Assembly (NCBI RefSeq): GCF_018350175.1
Contig: NC_058368.1
Location: 132,806,001-132,870,000, forward strand
Direction of reading: 5' to 3'
From: Felis catus
Taxonomy: Eukaryota
Length of the DNA stretch: 64,000 nt
The translations under genes and the position numbers were made by a program. This document shows positions 39,108-51,789 of the stretch, piece after piece; position 1 is the stretch's first letter, and the number at the start of each line of letters is the position of its first letter. A model generated the notes under the pieces. That model was given only the letters and a program-made list of their open reading frames with translations. It made no database searches and was not told the DNA's origin.

Positions 39108-39690
39108 GGTTTTTTTTTTTTTTAATGTTTATTTATTTTGAGAGGGAGGAGAGAGAGCGCGAGTGCTGTGTGTGCGTGAGTGCTGGGGAGGGGCAGAGAG
39201 AGAGAAGGGAGTTGGAGAATCCCAAGCAGGGTCTGCATTGTCAGAGCAGAGCCTGATGCAACTTTGAACTTAAAAACCGTGAGATCATGACCTGAGCCAA
39301 AATCGAGAGTCAGATGCTTAACTGATGGAGCCACCCAGGCACCCTAGTCTTACTTTCTAAATTGAATTTGTCTTGTATCCCCTATTATGTTTCTAAGCCC
39401 TTTGTGGTTGGAAAACTACATATTATCCTCACAATACCTTTGTAGTAAGGCATTCAGTAAATAGGGAACTAAATGAGGTGGTTAAAAAAAGGAAAAACAG
39501 TGTTTGAGTAATAGAGTGTAAAATTTTCCTTTTATTCTTTTCTATAGGTATGATGCTATTTTACTTAAAAAAAATAGGTAAATCTTTAGGGGTGCCTGGC
39601 TGGCTCAGTAGGAAGAGCATAGGACTCTTGACCTCAGGGTTGTGAGTTCAGTCCCCATGTTGGGTGTAGTGATTACTTAAATAAATAAAA
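39108..39690. mobile_element. Can-SINEs 39108-39344(-) and short 39589-39690(+)
   Basis: SINE heads and tails. Confidence 0.85.
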
Positions 39691-40604
39691 GTTTTAAAGT
39701 AATAGATGAGCCTTTAGCCCTAAGGCATGTTTGGGATGATTTAATAGAGTTGCAGATCTTACACCCACAATATTAATCTGAATCCTAACAATTTTGTCAA
39801 GTGGTGGTATTTTTAAGTTTTACTGATGTGTTAATAGTTAATAATTAAGCTGTAAAATTTTTCTGTAACAAGTGTTGAGAGTGATCTGGTTTTCTTTCGT
39901 TGAAAGGTTTGTGATGTTTATAATCCTACCCAAACTAAGTTAACCCCAAAGCAAACACAGCTTTACAGAAAAATGGGGGTCTAAATTGGCCTCTTGTTTT
40001 TGTTTTGCTGATTGTTACTTTTTGCTGTTCTTTGCTTGTGGTTTCTTGCCTTGAACCCACGAAAAAATATGAGGAAATTCCCCTTAGGAAGTTAGGGCCT
40101 TGTCTTCATCATTTGAATTTGCATTTTAATAGAAGTTGGGTTTAGAGGGTCCAGAATGTATAACTAAGGGTGGAATTTCAAGCATTGTGGCATTCATGAT
40201 CAGGATTCTCAAATAAGGTCATGTTTTTCAACAGGTTTAGTTTAGTTTCTAGGGCAGTGTACACACTGCATAAAAACAAATTTTATTTATAGACCTTTTC
40301 ATTTAAAATACCACATAGAGAACCAAAGAAGTAATTAGTATGTTGAAGTGGCAGGTGGAATGAGGAGTCTGTGGTAAGGTCAAAGATCTATCTGAGCAAA
40401 GGATTTAATTCGATAGTAAAATTATACAAAGCTAAATTGGGATTAGATTATGGAATTTTGGATGTAAGTAATTTTTCTTAAATCTTTAAAAGGAGAAGGG
40501 AGGTGGTAAATCTTAAGGAAAAAGTCAGGTGCTACTGAAATCAGTTTGGAATCTGTTGCATTAGTATGTAATAATGTCATTAACTGGTGTCGTATTCTTT
40601 TATA

Positions 40605-41592
40605 AGATATTTTTCTATTGAGTTATAAGTCATACAGTAAAATTCACCTGCTTAAAGTGTAATTCAGTAGTTCTTAGTATATTTATATTATTATAATATA
40701 ATATATTATTATATTCTTCATATATTTATAAGGCTCTGTAACCATCATCACTAATTCCAAAACATCTCATCACCCTAAAAAACCCTGTACCCATTGGTAA
40801 TTGTTCTTGTTGCCTGCTAGCCGTAGACCCTGGCAACCATTAATCTTTCTGTTTGTATGAATTTGTCTATTCAGGACGTTTCATAAAAATGGAATCATGC
40901 TATATGTGGCCTTTTGTGTTTGGATTTTTTACTATAGCATAATGTTTCCAAAGTTCATCCATGTTCTATCTTTATCAGTAGTTAATCTCTTTTGAAAGCT
41001 GAATAATACTCCATTGTGTGGATAGACAACATTTTGTTTATCCATTCATTAGTTGATGAGTATTCAATTGTTTCCATTTATTGGCCACTATGGATAATGC
41101 TGCAATGAACCTTATAGGTTTTTCTGGCAGTGCATGTTTTCACTTCTCATGGTTATATGCCTGTCATATGGTAACTATGTTTAACTTTTTGGAGGAACTG
41201 CCAAACTTTTTTCCCAAAGTGACAGTACCAATTTACATTTCCATCTGTGATGTATGAGGGTTCCAATTTCTCCACATCTTCCCTGTCACTTGTTGTTTCC
41301 TGTCTTTTTGATTATAGCCATCCTTGGTAGATATAAAAATTTATTTCATTGTGGTTTTGATTTGTTTCTTTAATGACTGATAACGTTGAGCCTCATTTCA
41401 TTTGCTTATTGACCATTAGTAAATCTTTGAAGAAATGGCTATTCAAATCCTTTGCCCTTTTAAGTTTTGTTGTCTTTTTTTTGTTGTAAGAGTTCTTTTT
41501 GTATTCTGGATACAAGTCCCTTACCAGATATGTGATTACAAATATTTTCCCTCATTTTGTGTAGGCTGTCTTTTTCACTTATTGATAGTGTT
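40605..41592 (-). mobile_element. Old L1 (L1MA/MB-type) 3' portion
   Basis: 'catacagtaaaattcacc', 'aatggaatcatgctatatgtggcctttt', 'ggaggaactgccaaact', 'attctggatacaagtcccttaccagatat' are L1 reverse-strand hallmarks. Confidence 0.85.
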
Positions 41593-42174
41593 GATGTTCT
41601 TTTAAATTTTAACAGTAATGTTTCTAGTATGTATTTTCATGAACATGACTCAGATGTTTGTTTTTTTATTAAGGAAATATCCTGTTTCTAGTTTACTAAG
41701 ATTTTTGTCAAGAGTGAATGCTGTCTTTTATTGGATTCCCTTTTGGCATTGTCAAGAAGATCCATTTTCCCCCGTTCATCTGTTTGTGTGTTGTTACTGT
41801 TAATAGATGTTTTTTTCTCTTGGCATTCCTAGAATTAATTTTCCTTAGTCATGTTTAGTATTACTGCTGAATTAGGATTTTTTAAAGTATTTTTGCTTAT
41901 AAATGGTATATTAATGCAGTGTGCTAACTTTGATATGTATTGGTATCAAAATTCTGTTGAATTTATAATATGAACTGAGAACTATTTTAGATTTCTGATG
42001 AGTCCTGAACCTTGTGATCATATTCCATTCCTTGTAAGTTTGCAAGTGCTTGGATGTTCTTTTAGAGTCATATTGATAAACCCTTAAATTTCATCCATGA
42101 TTTTCTATTTCCTGAGACTGTTTTATAACTTATGTATATATGTTTGTGTGTGTGTGTTTTATATATATATAAAA

Positions 42175-42777
42175 TTTTGTTTTAGAGAGAGTGCACCTGC
42201 AAGCAGGGGAGAGGGGCAGAGAGAGAGAGAGAGGGAGAATCCCAAGCAGGCTCCAAGCTCAGCACAAAGCCTGACATGGGGCTCAATCCCATGACCCTAG
42301 GATTATGACCTGAGCTGAAACCAATAGTCGATGCTCAACCAACTGAGCCACCCAGGTGCCCCTATGATTTATGTTTTTGTAAAAAGTCATGCAAAATTTA
42401 TGGGTGCCTGGGTGGCTCAGTCACTTAAGCGTGTGTCTTCGGCTCGAGTCATGATCTTGCAGTTTGTGAGTTCGAGCCCCGCGTCGGGCTTTGGGCTGAC
42501 TGCCCAGAGCCTGGAACCTGCTTCAGATTCTGTGTCTCCCTCTCTCTCTGCCCCTCCCCTGCTCACACTATCTCTCTGTCTCTCAAAAATCAATAAACGT
42601 TAAAAAAAATTTAAAAAGTCATGCAAAATTTAAAACATCACTATATATTTTTCTAGTTAATTAACTTATTTATTTATTTTATTTTAAAGTAATCTCTCCA
42701 CCCAACATGGGGCTCAAACTCATAAGCCTGAGATCAAGAGTTGCCTGCTCCACTGACTGATCCAGCCAGACACCCCA
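42175..42777. mobile_element. Can-SINEs 42175-42363(-), 42401-42615(+), 42680-42777(-)
   Basis: The sense copy has TSD aaaaagtcatgcaaaattta. Confidence 0.88.
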
Positions 42778-43190
42778 GTAATTAATTTTTTAAAATACTT
42801 ACTGTTTTGCAATATATGATAAACATTTATTCCAAAATACAAACATAATTTTTATTTGTGCTATTATATTCCCATTCTTATTCCTACTGCTGTGTTTTAT
42901 ATCTTTAGACTTGCTGGGAAATTGTCTTATTTTTAATGTTTATATTCTGTTCTAGCTGACTCTTGAACAACATGGGGTTTGGGAGTGCTGACTCCTACAC
43001 AGTCAAAAATTGAAGTATAACTTTTGAGTCCCTCAGAACTTAACTACTAATAGCCTACTCTTTGACCAGAAGCATTATCAATAATAGAAATAGTCGATTA
43101 ACAAATAGTTTGTGTATATATATTACATATCGTGTTCTTATAATGAAGTAAGCTACAGAACAGAAAATGTTATTAAGAAAATCATAAGGT

Positions 43191-43428
43191 AGGAATGCAA
43201 ACTGGTGCAGCCACTCTGGAAAACAGTATGGAGGTTCCTCAAAAAACTAAAAATAGAACTACCTTACGACTCAGTAATTGCACTACTAGACATTTATCCA
43301 AGGGATACAGTTGTGCTGTTTCAGAGGGACACATGCATCCCCGTGTTTATAGCAGCACTATCAATAGTAGCCAAAGTATGCAAATAGCCTAAATGTCCAT
43401 CGATAGATGAATGGCTAAAGAAGATGTG

Positions 43429-43515
<87 letters not shown>

Positions 43516-43898
43516 GGAGTATTACTCAGCAATCATAAAGAATGAAATCTTTCCATTTGCAACTACGTGGATGGAACTGGAGGGTATTATGCTAAGTGAA
43601 ATTAGTCAGTCAGAGAAAGACAAAAATCATATGACTTCACTCATATGAGGACTTTAAGAGACAAAATAGATGAACATAAAGGAAGGGAAACAAAAATAAT
43701 ATAAAAACAGGGAAGGGGACAAAACAGAAGAGACTCAAATATGGAGAACAAACTGAGGGTTAATGAAGGGGTTGTGGGAGGGAGAATGGCTAAATGGGTA
43801 AGTGGCACTAAGGAATCTACTCCTGAAATCATTGTTGCACTATATGCTAACTAATTTGGATTTAAATTTTAAAAAATAAAAAATAAAATTAAAAAAAA
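43191..43898 (+). mobile_element. 5'-truncated felid/carnivore L1 (copy A) with internal (TA)n(CA)n
   Basis: [21 protein letters not shown]... and TMEYYSAIIKNEIFPFATTWMELEGIMLSEISQSEKDK (ORF2 C-terminus), followed by 3'UTR and A-rich tail. Confidence 0.93.
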
Positions 43899-43914
43899 TT
43901 ATAAGGAAGAGGGA

Positions 43915-44122
43915 GGGGTGTCTGGGTGGCTCAGTCAGTTGAACATCTGACTTTGGCTCAGATTATGATCTCATGGTTTGTGAGTTTGAGCCCCACATTG
44001 GGCTTACTGCTGTTAGTGCAGAACCCACTTTGGATCTTCTGTCTCCGTGTTTCTACTCATCCCCTGTTTGCGCTTGCTCTCTCTCACTGTCTCTATCAAC
44101 AAATAAATAAACATTAAAAAAA
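43915..44122 (+). mobile_element. Can-SINE between the two L1 copies
   Basis: Head ggggtgtctgggtggctcag, tail aataaataaacattaaaa. Confidence 0.9.
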
Positions 44123-44132
44123 ACCATAAGGA

Positions 44133-45172
44133 TGGATTTCAAGCTGTATTACAAAGCTGTAATCATGAAGACAGTATGGTACTGGCACAAAGACAGACAC
44201 TCAGATCAATGGAACAGAATAGAGAACCCAGAAATGGACCCACAAACGTATGGCCAACTAATCTTTGACAAAGCATGAAAAACTATTCATTGGAATATGG
44301 TGCTGGGAAAGCTGAACAGCGACATGCAGAAGAATGAACCTGGACCACTGTCTTACACCATGCACAAAAATAAACTCAAAATGAATGAAAGACCTAAATA
44401 TAAGACAGGAAGCCATCAAAATCCTTAAGAAAGCAGTCAGCAACCTCTTTGACCTCGGCCACAGCAACTTCTTACTCAACATGTCTCTGGAGGCAAGGGA
44501 AACAAAAGCAAAAATGAAGGTCCCAATAGGGACCTCATCGAAATAAAAAGCTTCTGCACAGTGAAGGAAACAATCAGCAAAAGTAAAAGGCAACCAACAG
44601 AATGGGAGAAGATATTTGCAAACGACATATCAGATAAAGGGTTAGTATCCAAAATCTATAAAGAACTTATCAAACTCAACACCCGAAAAACAAATAATCC
44701 AGTGAAGAAATGGGCAAAAGACATGAACAGACACTTTTCCAAAGACAACATCCAGATGGCCAACTGACACAAGAAAAAATGCTCAACATCACTCATCATC
44801 AGGGAAATACAAATCAAAACCACAATAAGATACCGCCTCACACCTGTCAGAATAGCTAACGTTAATAACTCAGGCACCAACAGATGTTGGTGAGGATGCA
44901 GAGAAAGAGGATCTCTTTTGTACTGCTGGTGGGAATGCAAACTGGTGCAGCCACTCTGGAAAACAGTATGGAGGTTCCTCAAAAAATAAAAAATAGAACT
45001 ACCTTACGACCCATCAATTGCAATACTAGGTATTTATCCAAGGGATACAGGTATGCTGTTTCGAAAGGGCACATGCACCCCCATATTTATAGCAGCACTA
45101 TCAACAATAGCCAAAGTATGAAAAGAGCCCAAATGTCCATCGATGGATGAATGGATAAAGAAGATATGGTGT

Positions 45173-45221
<49 letters not shown>

Positions 45222-45572
45222 GGAGTATTACTTGGCAATCAAAAAATGAAATCTTGCTATATGCAAGTATGTGATTCAAACTAGAGGGTATTATGCTAAG
45301 TGAAATTAGACAAATATGACTTTACTCACATGAGTACTTTAAGATACAAAACAGATGAACCTAAGAGAAGGAAAAATATATAAAGACAGGGAGGGGGACA
45401 AAACATAAAGAGTCTCTTAAATATGGAGAACAAACTGAGGGTTACTGGAGGGGCTGTGGGAGAGGAGATGGACTAAATGGGTAAGGGGCATTAAGGAATC
45501 TACTCCTGAAATCGTTGCACTATATGCTCTCTAACTTGGATGTAAATTTAAAAAATAAGTTAAATTTAAAAA
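44133..45572 (+). mobile_element. 5'-truncated L1 (copy B), same subfamily as copy A, with internal (CA)n
   Basis: [28 protein letters not shown]...[17 protein letters not shown] (ORF2). 44932 onward closely matches 43192 onward. Confidence 0.94.
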
Positions 45573-45785
45573 GATCATAAGGAAGAGAGGAAAATACATT
45601 TATAGCCCTTTACTGTATTTGTAAAAAAAAAAAAAATCCACTTGAATGTGTGCAATCCAAGAACAGAACCAGCTCTTGGATTTGTTAATCGTTTTTACTC
45701 TTTTCTAAATGATTAATTCTTGCTTTTTTCTTTATTTTCCTCCACTAAATGGAGACCTATAACAGGGAGTTGGATATGCAAGCCT

Positions 45786-46295
45786 AGGGTGGATGTGGGT
45801 GGTCTATCTGCAGTGTTAGGCTCTTCTGGTGTCCAGCATCACATCTTCTTGGTTCACCTCTTATTTTAACTGTAGGTGCAAGAAACAGTACCATAAAAGT
45901 TGCCTTCAGATGCCCTTCCCAGTGATAGTAAGCCCCAGTGATTTCTCTGCTTTGGGAGGCCAGCTGAACCAGAAAGCAGGTATGGGCTGGTAGCCAGTGA
46001 AAGTTAATGTCCACAGAGGCAACCCTTAATCATTGGGAAACAGGAGTAATTGGATAACAGCTTGTCTTATAGGCAGACAATTCTGAGAGATTGCCTGTGT
46101 GTTTCTCAAGAAGTTTAAGTAGAATGGACCCCTGTCGTCCTTTGGAATGACTTTGACAATATACCATCCCTTATATTGGCTATTCCTCCGTCTCTGCTTT
46201 ACTCTTCCTGCTCCCTCAGGTCATTACCTGGACCGACTACCGGTACTTAAGTCCTTATCTAAGCCTTTGCTTTTGGGAGAAACCAAACTAGGACA
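45786..46295. mobile_element. ERVL LTR16-like solo LTR
   Basis: Ends 'taagtccttatctaagcctttgcttttgggagaaaccaaactaggaca', typical of LTR16-family ends. Confidence 0.55.
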
Positions 46296-48599
46296 GGTAT
46301 CATTCAGGTACTTAGCATTTAAAGAGTTGATACAATTTCAAGACTTGAAAATGGATGATCCTCAAGGCTATGGTTATGGGGAAGACTGCCACGATCTGTG
46401 TTGTCTGCCACTACAATGTGTTAAGTGGTTGGCAGAAAGAGGAGCACTAGCAAAGGAGACTGAGGCATAACTAGTGCAGGAACAAAATTCAGGGCATGTG
46501 ATATCTTGGAAACTAAGAAAACGTGTAAAGTAGTGGGGAGTGGTGCTGCTAATGAAATGAGTCAAGCGAGATGTGAACTTAGAATTATATTGAATTTTGG
46601 CAATATGTAGGCCATTGATGAACTAGGAAGAATAGTTTCCATTGAAGTGATGGGGACAAAACTGTGATTGGCGTGGGTTTGAGGACAAATGATGAAGGGG
46701 CGCCTAGATAGCCCAGTTAGTTAGGTGTCTAACTTTAGCTCAGGTCATGATCTCATGGTTTGTGAGTTTGAGCCCATAATTGACCCCCCACCGGCCCCTG
46801 GATTCCGGATGCTCTCTTTCTCCCTCTGGAGAGGTATCTTGAGGGAGAGTTTTTTTTAAGATGGGAGGAGAATTGCACCTACTTGGTATAGCATATTGCT
46901 GCGCATGGTCAAAATCAATTATTCCTTTAGAATACTTTAGAGAAGTAGAATTCTCTTTCGTTTATTTGACTGTTTTGTTCATTTCCCAGCAGGGCTTGCC
47001 AGATGATGCTTAATGAGTTCAAGGAGGAAAAGAAGTTGTTATTAGCAGTAATTAGCAGAAACTAAGGAGATCTGGTGTTAGTTTTGTGTGGAGATGAATA
47101 CTGGGAAGTAAAAAGAAATAAGGGAATACACACAAGGAAGTTAATCCACCCACAAGACTGTGTTATGGGGAAGAGTTGAAGATCCAATCAGGACTGTAAT
47201 GAGAAAGCTATTTCTAGGTTCAGAATAAGGTCAAGATTTACTTTACCTACCACAATAAACATTGTGAATATACATTTTTGATACATTTTTCCCCAAGTGT
47301 CTTTTTTGTACAGCTTTTATTGACCTATTGAAAATTACAGAAACCACTCTAATGTCAGAAACAATGGAAATTAACTCAAAGACCTCCAGTATTCTTTTTC
47401 TGCACAATTTCATTTTCCCAGAGTTTGATTATGAGCCATATTGAGCTGCGTTCTTTCCTCTTTCTTCCTGTGCTTACTCTTTCTGATCATAGAATGATGT
47501 AATGTTAGCCTTTCAGAGTTAAGTAAACCAATTCTGTTGGGGTATTTGCATTGTAGTATTATTTCTAATTGTGGAACAAAAGACTTTTTTTTTGGTAAAA
47601 ATAACTAGTCCCTCTTCTTCCATAAATTAATGTTATTTTTCCTAAATTGAGATGGAGGAGAATTCTGAAGATTTTTCTTCTACCATGACCAAGTTTCCTT
47701 GACAAAGGAGTGAGTCAGGCTGGATATCTTCCTTGGGACTCTTTTTTTCTATAAATAAAACAGTTTCATCTACCCTGGAAATGCCCTGATACTTCTGCTT
47801 CTCATTAGGCTATCAGAGGACAAGAAAACCTTTGGTTCTGTGTTAAGGATAAGAAAAGCCTGAAAAGAAAGGAATCATGCTTTTAAAAAAATAGGATAGC
47901 AGACATCAGTGGAATTAAGGAATCCTTAATGAACTGAATTCCAGAGATAATCAACCTCTCCTAGGTGAATCAAGAGTACACCAACTTCCCTGCCTGGCTA
48001 CATGTGCCTGGTATCAGTATAGGTCATGCCATAAATGGAAAGACTGAAGGAATGAGGATAACTCATCAATTTTTGAATGACCATGTGGACTTTGGAGAAG
48101 GGATAAGAATCTGATGGAGCCCCAAAGGCAAAATAAATCATTAAGGCTGATAAATTCTATCTGCCTTGAATTTTGTCTTGAAGCAGCAGTAAAGGAGGGG
48201 TTGAACGGCTTAGAGAAAGGTATAGTCCTGAAAATTCAATGAGGATATTGACTTGTGGGACTTTGAGTTGTGGAACTCTTGAGTTGTGGGACTCTGCTGG
48301 ATTTGAATCTAAAGGTAAACTAAATGAAAAAATACCTGGAACTGCATCCCAAATTCTTTATACCACAGATTGACAAGATAAAAAATTTGGCTGTGTTTGG
48401 GATAGAGAAGTTGTAAGTTGAACTGATCACAGATGAATTCAATCTAAATAAAGTTGCAGCCAGTTTCAGCTCAAATTGATTTCTACTAGTAAAATGAATT
48501 ATCAGTCATCTATCCGGAGAGAAGATTGTAGACTCTCTGGGAAAACAGGAAAACTTAACAAGAAAGTATTGTGCTTAATTCTCAACTTTACTCTTACAG

Positions 48600-50500
48600 C
48601 ATCTAGGATACTATGAAAAATTATGAAACATACAAAGAAACAGGAAAATGTGATTGTATAATTAAGAGAAAATAGTTAACAAAAGCAAACTTACAGATGA
48701 CCCAGTTATTAGAATTAAGAGACAAGGATTTTAAGGCAATTTACAGGATATGAGGGATTGGGTATTTCAGGAGAGTAATGGAAAACCTGACAAAGAGCCA
48801 AATGCACATTCTAAGAACTGAAAAATGCAGTATCTTAGAAAAAACCTGCTTAAAAAGGCTTACAAGCAAATTTGTAGTAAGAAACAGACTGAAGGAATTG
48901 GTGTGTGAATAAATATGAAATTCTGTTTTCTAGTTTTTAAATTTATATAAATAACAGTTGATAGTGTAAAGCAAAAAATATTATAAGATTTATAATATGT
49001 AGAAGTAAAATGTATGGCAATAGCTTAAAATATGGAAGGAAATAAATGTAAGTATAAATTTCTTAGATCATATGTGAAGTGGCATAACATTTGAATATGG
49101 ACTATTTGAATTAAGAGTGCACTCTGTATATTCCTAGAGGAACCAGAAAAAAGTACAACAAAAAGGCCATAAAATGAGATAGAATGGGGGACAATAGCAT
49201 TATTTGAACTCCAGAAAAAAGAGGAACAAAGAACAAATAGAAAATAGAAATAATCTTAAATTAAGACATATCAGTAATTATATTAAGTATAAATTGTCTA
49301 AGCCTGCCATCAAATCATAAAAATTGTCAGATTGGATAAAATAGTAAGACCTAGCTGTATGCTTCATACAAGTGGACACTTTAAATATAAAGACAAACTT
49401 GGTTAAAAGTAATAGATAGGAAAAGATAAACCACATTAATATTTACCAAAAGAAAACTCGTATGGCTATAGTTACACCAAGCAAAATATATTTCAAGGCA
49501 AGGATTGTTAGCAGAGAAAAAGAACATCTTTCAATGATAAAAGGATCCATTTATCAAGAAGATAGAACCCTAAACATGTATTCACTCTATATAACAGGGC
49601 TTCAAAATACATGAGATAAAAATTGACAGTAATAAAAGGAGAAATAGACTTATTTACATTGATAGAGATTTTAGTACTTTCAATATTTAGTAGGAAAAGA
49701 ATGCCACAAATTGGTAAGGGTATAGAAGATTTGAACACCACTATCAACCAATTTAACCTAATCAACATTTATAAAGCATTATACCCAAGAGATGCAGAAT
49801 GTGACTTTCAGGCACACGTGAAACACTCACCAAGATAGATTTTTTTCTGGGGCTGTCTGAAAGCTTCAGAATACTGCGAAGATTAGAAACCCTAGGTTCT
49901 CTGACTATAATGGAATTAAATTTGAAATCAGAAACAAGGTTTAGTAGATCTCCACATATTGAATTAAGATGATTCTGAATAACCCATGGATAAAATAATA
50001 AATGGAAAAATCAAAAGCATTTTAAATTAACAAAGCATCAAAATTTATGAAGTACAGCTCAAGAGAATTTGTATCTTTAAATCTTTAAGAAAAAAGTATT
50101 AGAATCATTTATTTAATCTTTACCTGAAGAGGCAGAAAAAAGAGACAAATTCAAAATGAATAAAAGGCAGAAAACATAGAAAAAAATGAAATGTGTGAAA
50201 TAGAAAACTTACCTTAAGAAAATGAACAAAGTACTGGGGCGCTTGGGTGGCTCAGTCAGTTGAGCGTCCGACTTTGGCTCAGGTCATGATCTCACAGTTG
50301 TGGGTTTGAGCCCAGCATCCGGCTCTGCTGACAGCTCAGAGCCTGGAGCCTGCTTTGGATTCTGTCTAACCTCTCTCTCTGCCCTTCCCCCACTCATGCT
50401 CTGTCTGTCTCTCAAAGATAAACATTGGAAAATTTAAAAAAAGAAAATGAACAAAGTATAAAGTTTCCTCTTTGAAAAAAACCAATATAGTTGATAAACT
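48600..50500 (+). mobile_element. Degraded ancient L1 covering the ORF2 endonuclease region, with a nested sense SINE at 50236-50445
   Basis: The ORF at 49623-49838 reads KGEIDLFTLI...IEDLNTTINQFNLINIYKALYP, resembling the L1 APE domain. SINE TSD aagaaaatgaacaaagta. Confidence 0.75.
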
Positions 50501-50811
50501 TATGAAGATTGATGGCTTAAAAAATCAGCCATTTATGTTCTCTTGAATTTGTGAATCAGCATTGTGGTCTTTTATCCCATGCTGCTTTATAACATCATGT
50601 TCTCAGGGCAACATTCAAAGAAGGTAAAAGTAGAAGTTTTAAATCTTCTTGAGGCATAGGTACTGTTATTTGCCTAACAAACTGCCATATAAGCAAGTCA
50701 CAAGGTCAGTCTGAATTCAAGGAATGGGGAAATGGACTCAGTCTTTGATCTTGGGTGGTATAGAACACTGTGGCCATGTTTCTTAACTTATGTGGTTAAG
50801 TAAGAAAACAG

Positions 50812-51296
50812 TGAAGGGTCTAGATTTTACCTTGTTTACATGCTAGTATGGTAACCTATCAGAAGACACAAGACCTCTAGATCAGAGACAAATAGTTTAT
50901 AACTCACTACAAATGCAGGGACCAGGGCATATCTTGTGTCAATTACCTGAGCCTTAATCTTCACATGGCTACACAGTGAGGGTCAGATGATTCCTGTAGG
51001 AGCACTACTGTGCATTGCAGGAGAGGAAGCCCGAATTGGGAAACTCTGATTTTACATAGTACCACTGATGATGAGTCTGGTCCTTTCCTCTGAAAGTAAG
51101 AGACAAAAACCTTATCTTTAATCTGGAATTTAAGCAAATCTCAAGAGAGGAAATTGGGCTGTCTTAATGTTGCTAAGCATTATTATCTTAGAATGTTTCT
51201 TTATACAAGCATATTTAATTGGCTGTAAATGACATTGCTCAAAGAACCCAGACCATGCAGAAATGTGAGATGTTCAAGGGGAGTTGTTTTCCAGCA
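50812..51296 (-). mobile_element. ERVL-class solo LTR (LTR40-like), apparently inside an MLT1 remnant
   Basis: TG...CA termini ('tgaagggtctagattttacc' ... 'gagttgttttccagca'), ~485 bp. Family assignment is from memory. Confidence 0.5.
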
Positions 51297-51789
51297 CAGT
51301 GCACAATAATTTACTTTCCTCCCATATGCAAAATTTGATCACTCTCTTCTCCAAAAGTTTTATCACATGAGGTTGTCAGGGCTTGCCTTCCAGTGTCTTA
51401 CCATCTAAATAAGGTCTAAGTATATATGAGGCTCTGCTATGCTATTTGTAATTAGAGAAGGGCAAAACAAAAATACAATGAGATACAGCTATGCACCCGA
51501 CTACATAGGTTAAAATTAAAAAAGACATAGTATCAAGTGTTGTTGAAAATGTAACCAAAACTCAGGGAGTGTTAAATGATAAAACCACTTTTTTGTAAAA
51601 CAACTTAAAAAAAAGTACATATAATTAAATAAAGACTATGACCCAGCAATTTTGCTTCCATGTATTTATCCATGAGAACCAAAGGCTACATTCTTATAAT
51701 ACTTGTACACAAATGTTAAGGCAGTCTTATTTAGGACAGGTTGACTTGCCTAGGGTGTTGATGGGAACCAGCTGAGGCGATAGAAGGAT

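Larger units (their letters stand above)
42953..45645 (+). mobile_element. Tigger2a-like MITE split into 42953-43189 and 45571-45645 by retro-insertions
   Basis: Terminus 'agctgactcttgaacaaca', internal 'aacttaactactaatagcctact' and 'aaaatgttattaagaaaatcataagg', resuming as 'aagagaggaaaatacattta...aaaaaatccac'. Confidence 0.78.

Noticed and set aside
48250..48296. Three imperfect tandem copies of ga(c/g)ttgtgg(g/a)act
   Set aside because: This is a short slippage-type duplication in degraded repeat-like DNA with no supporting structure.
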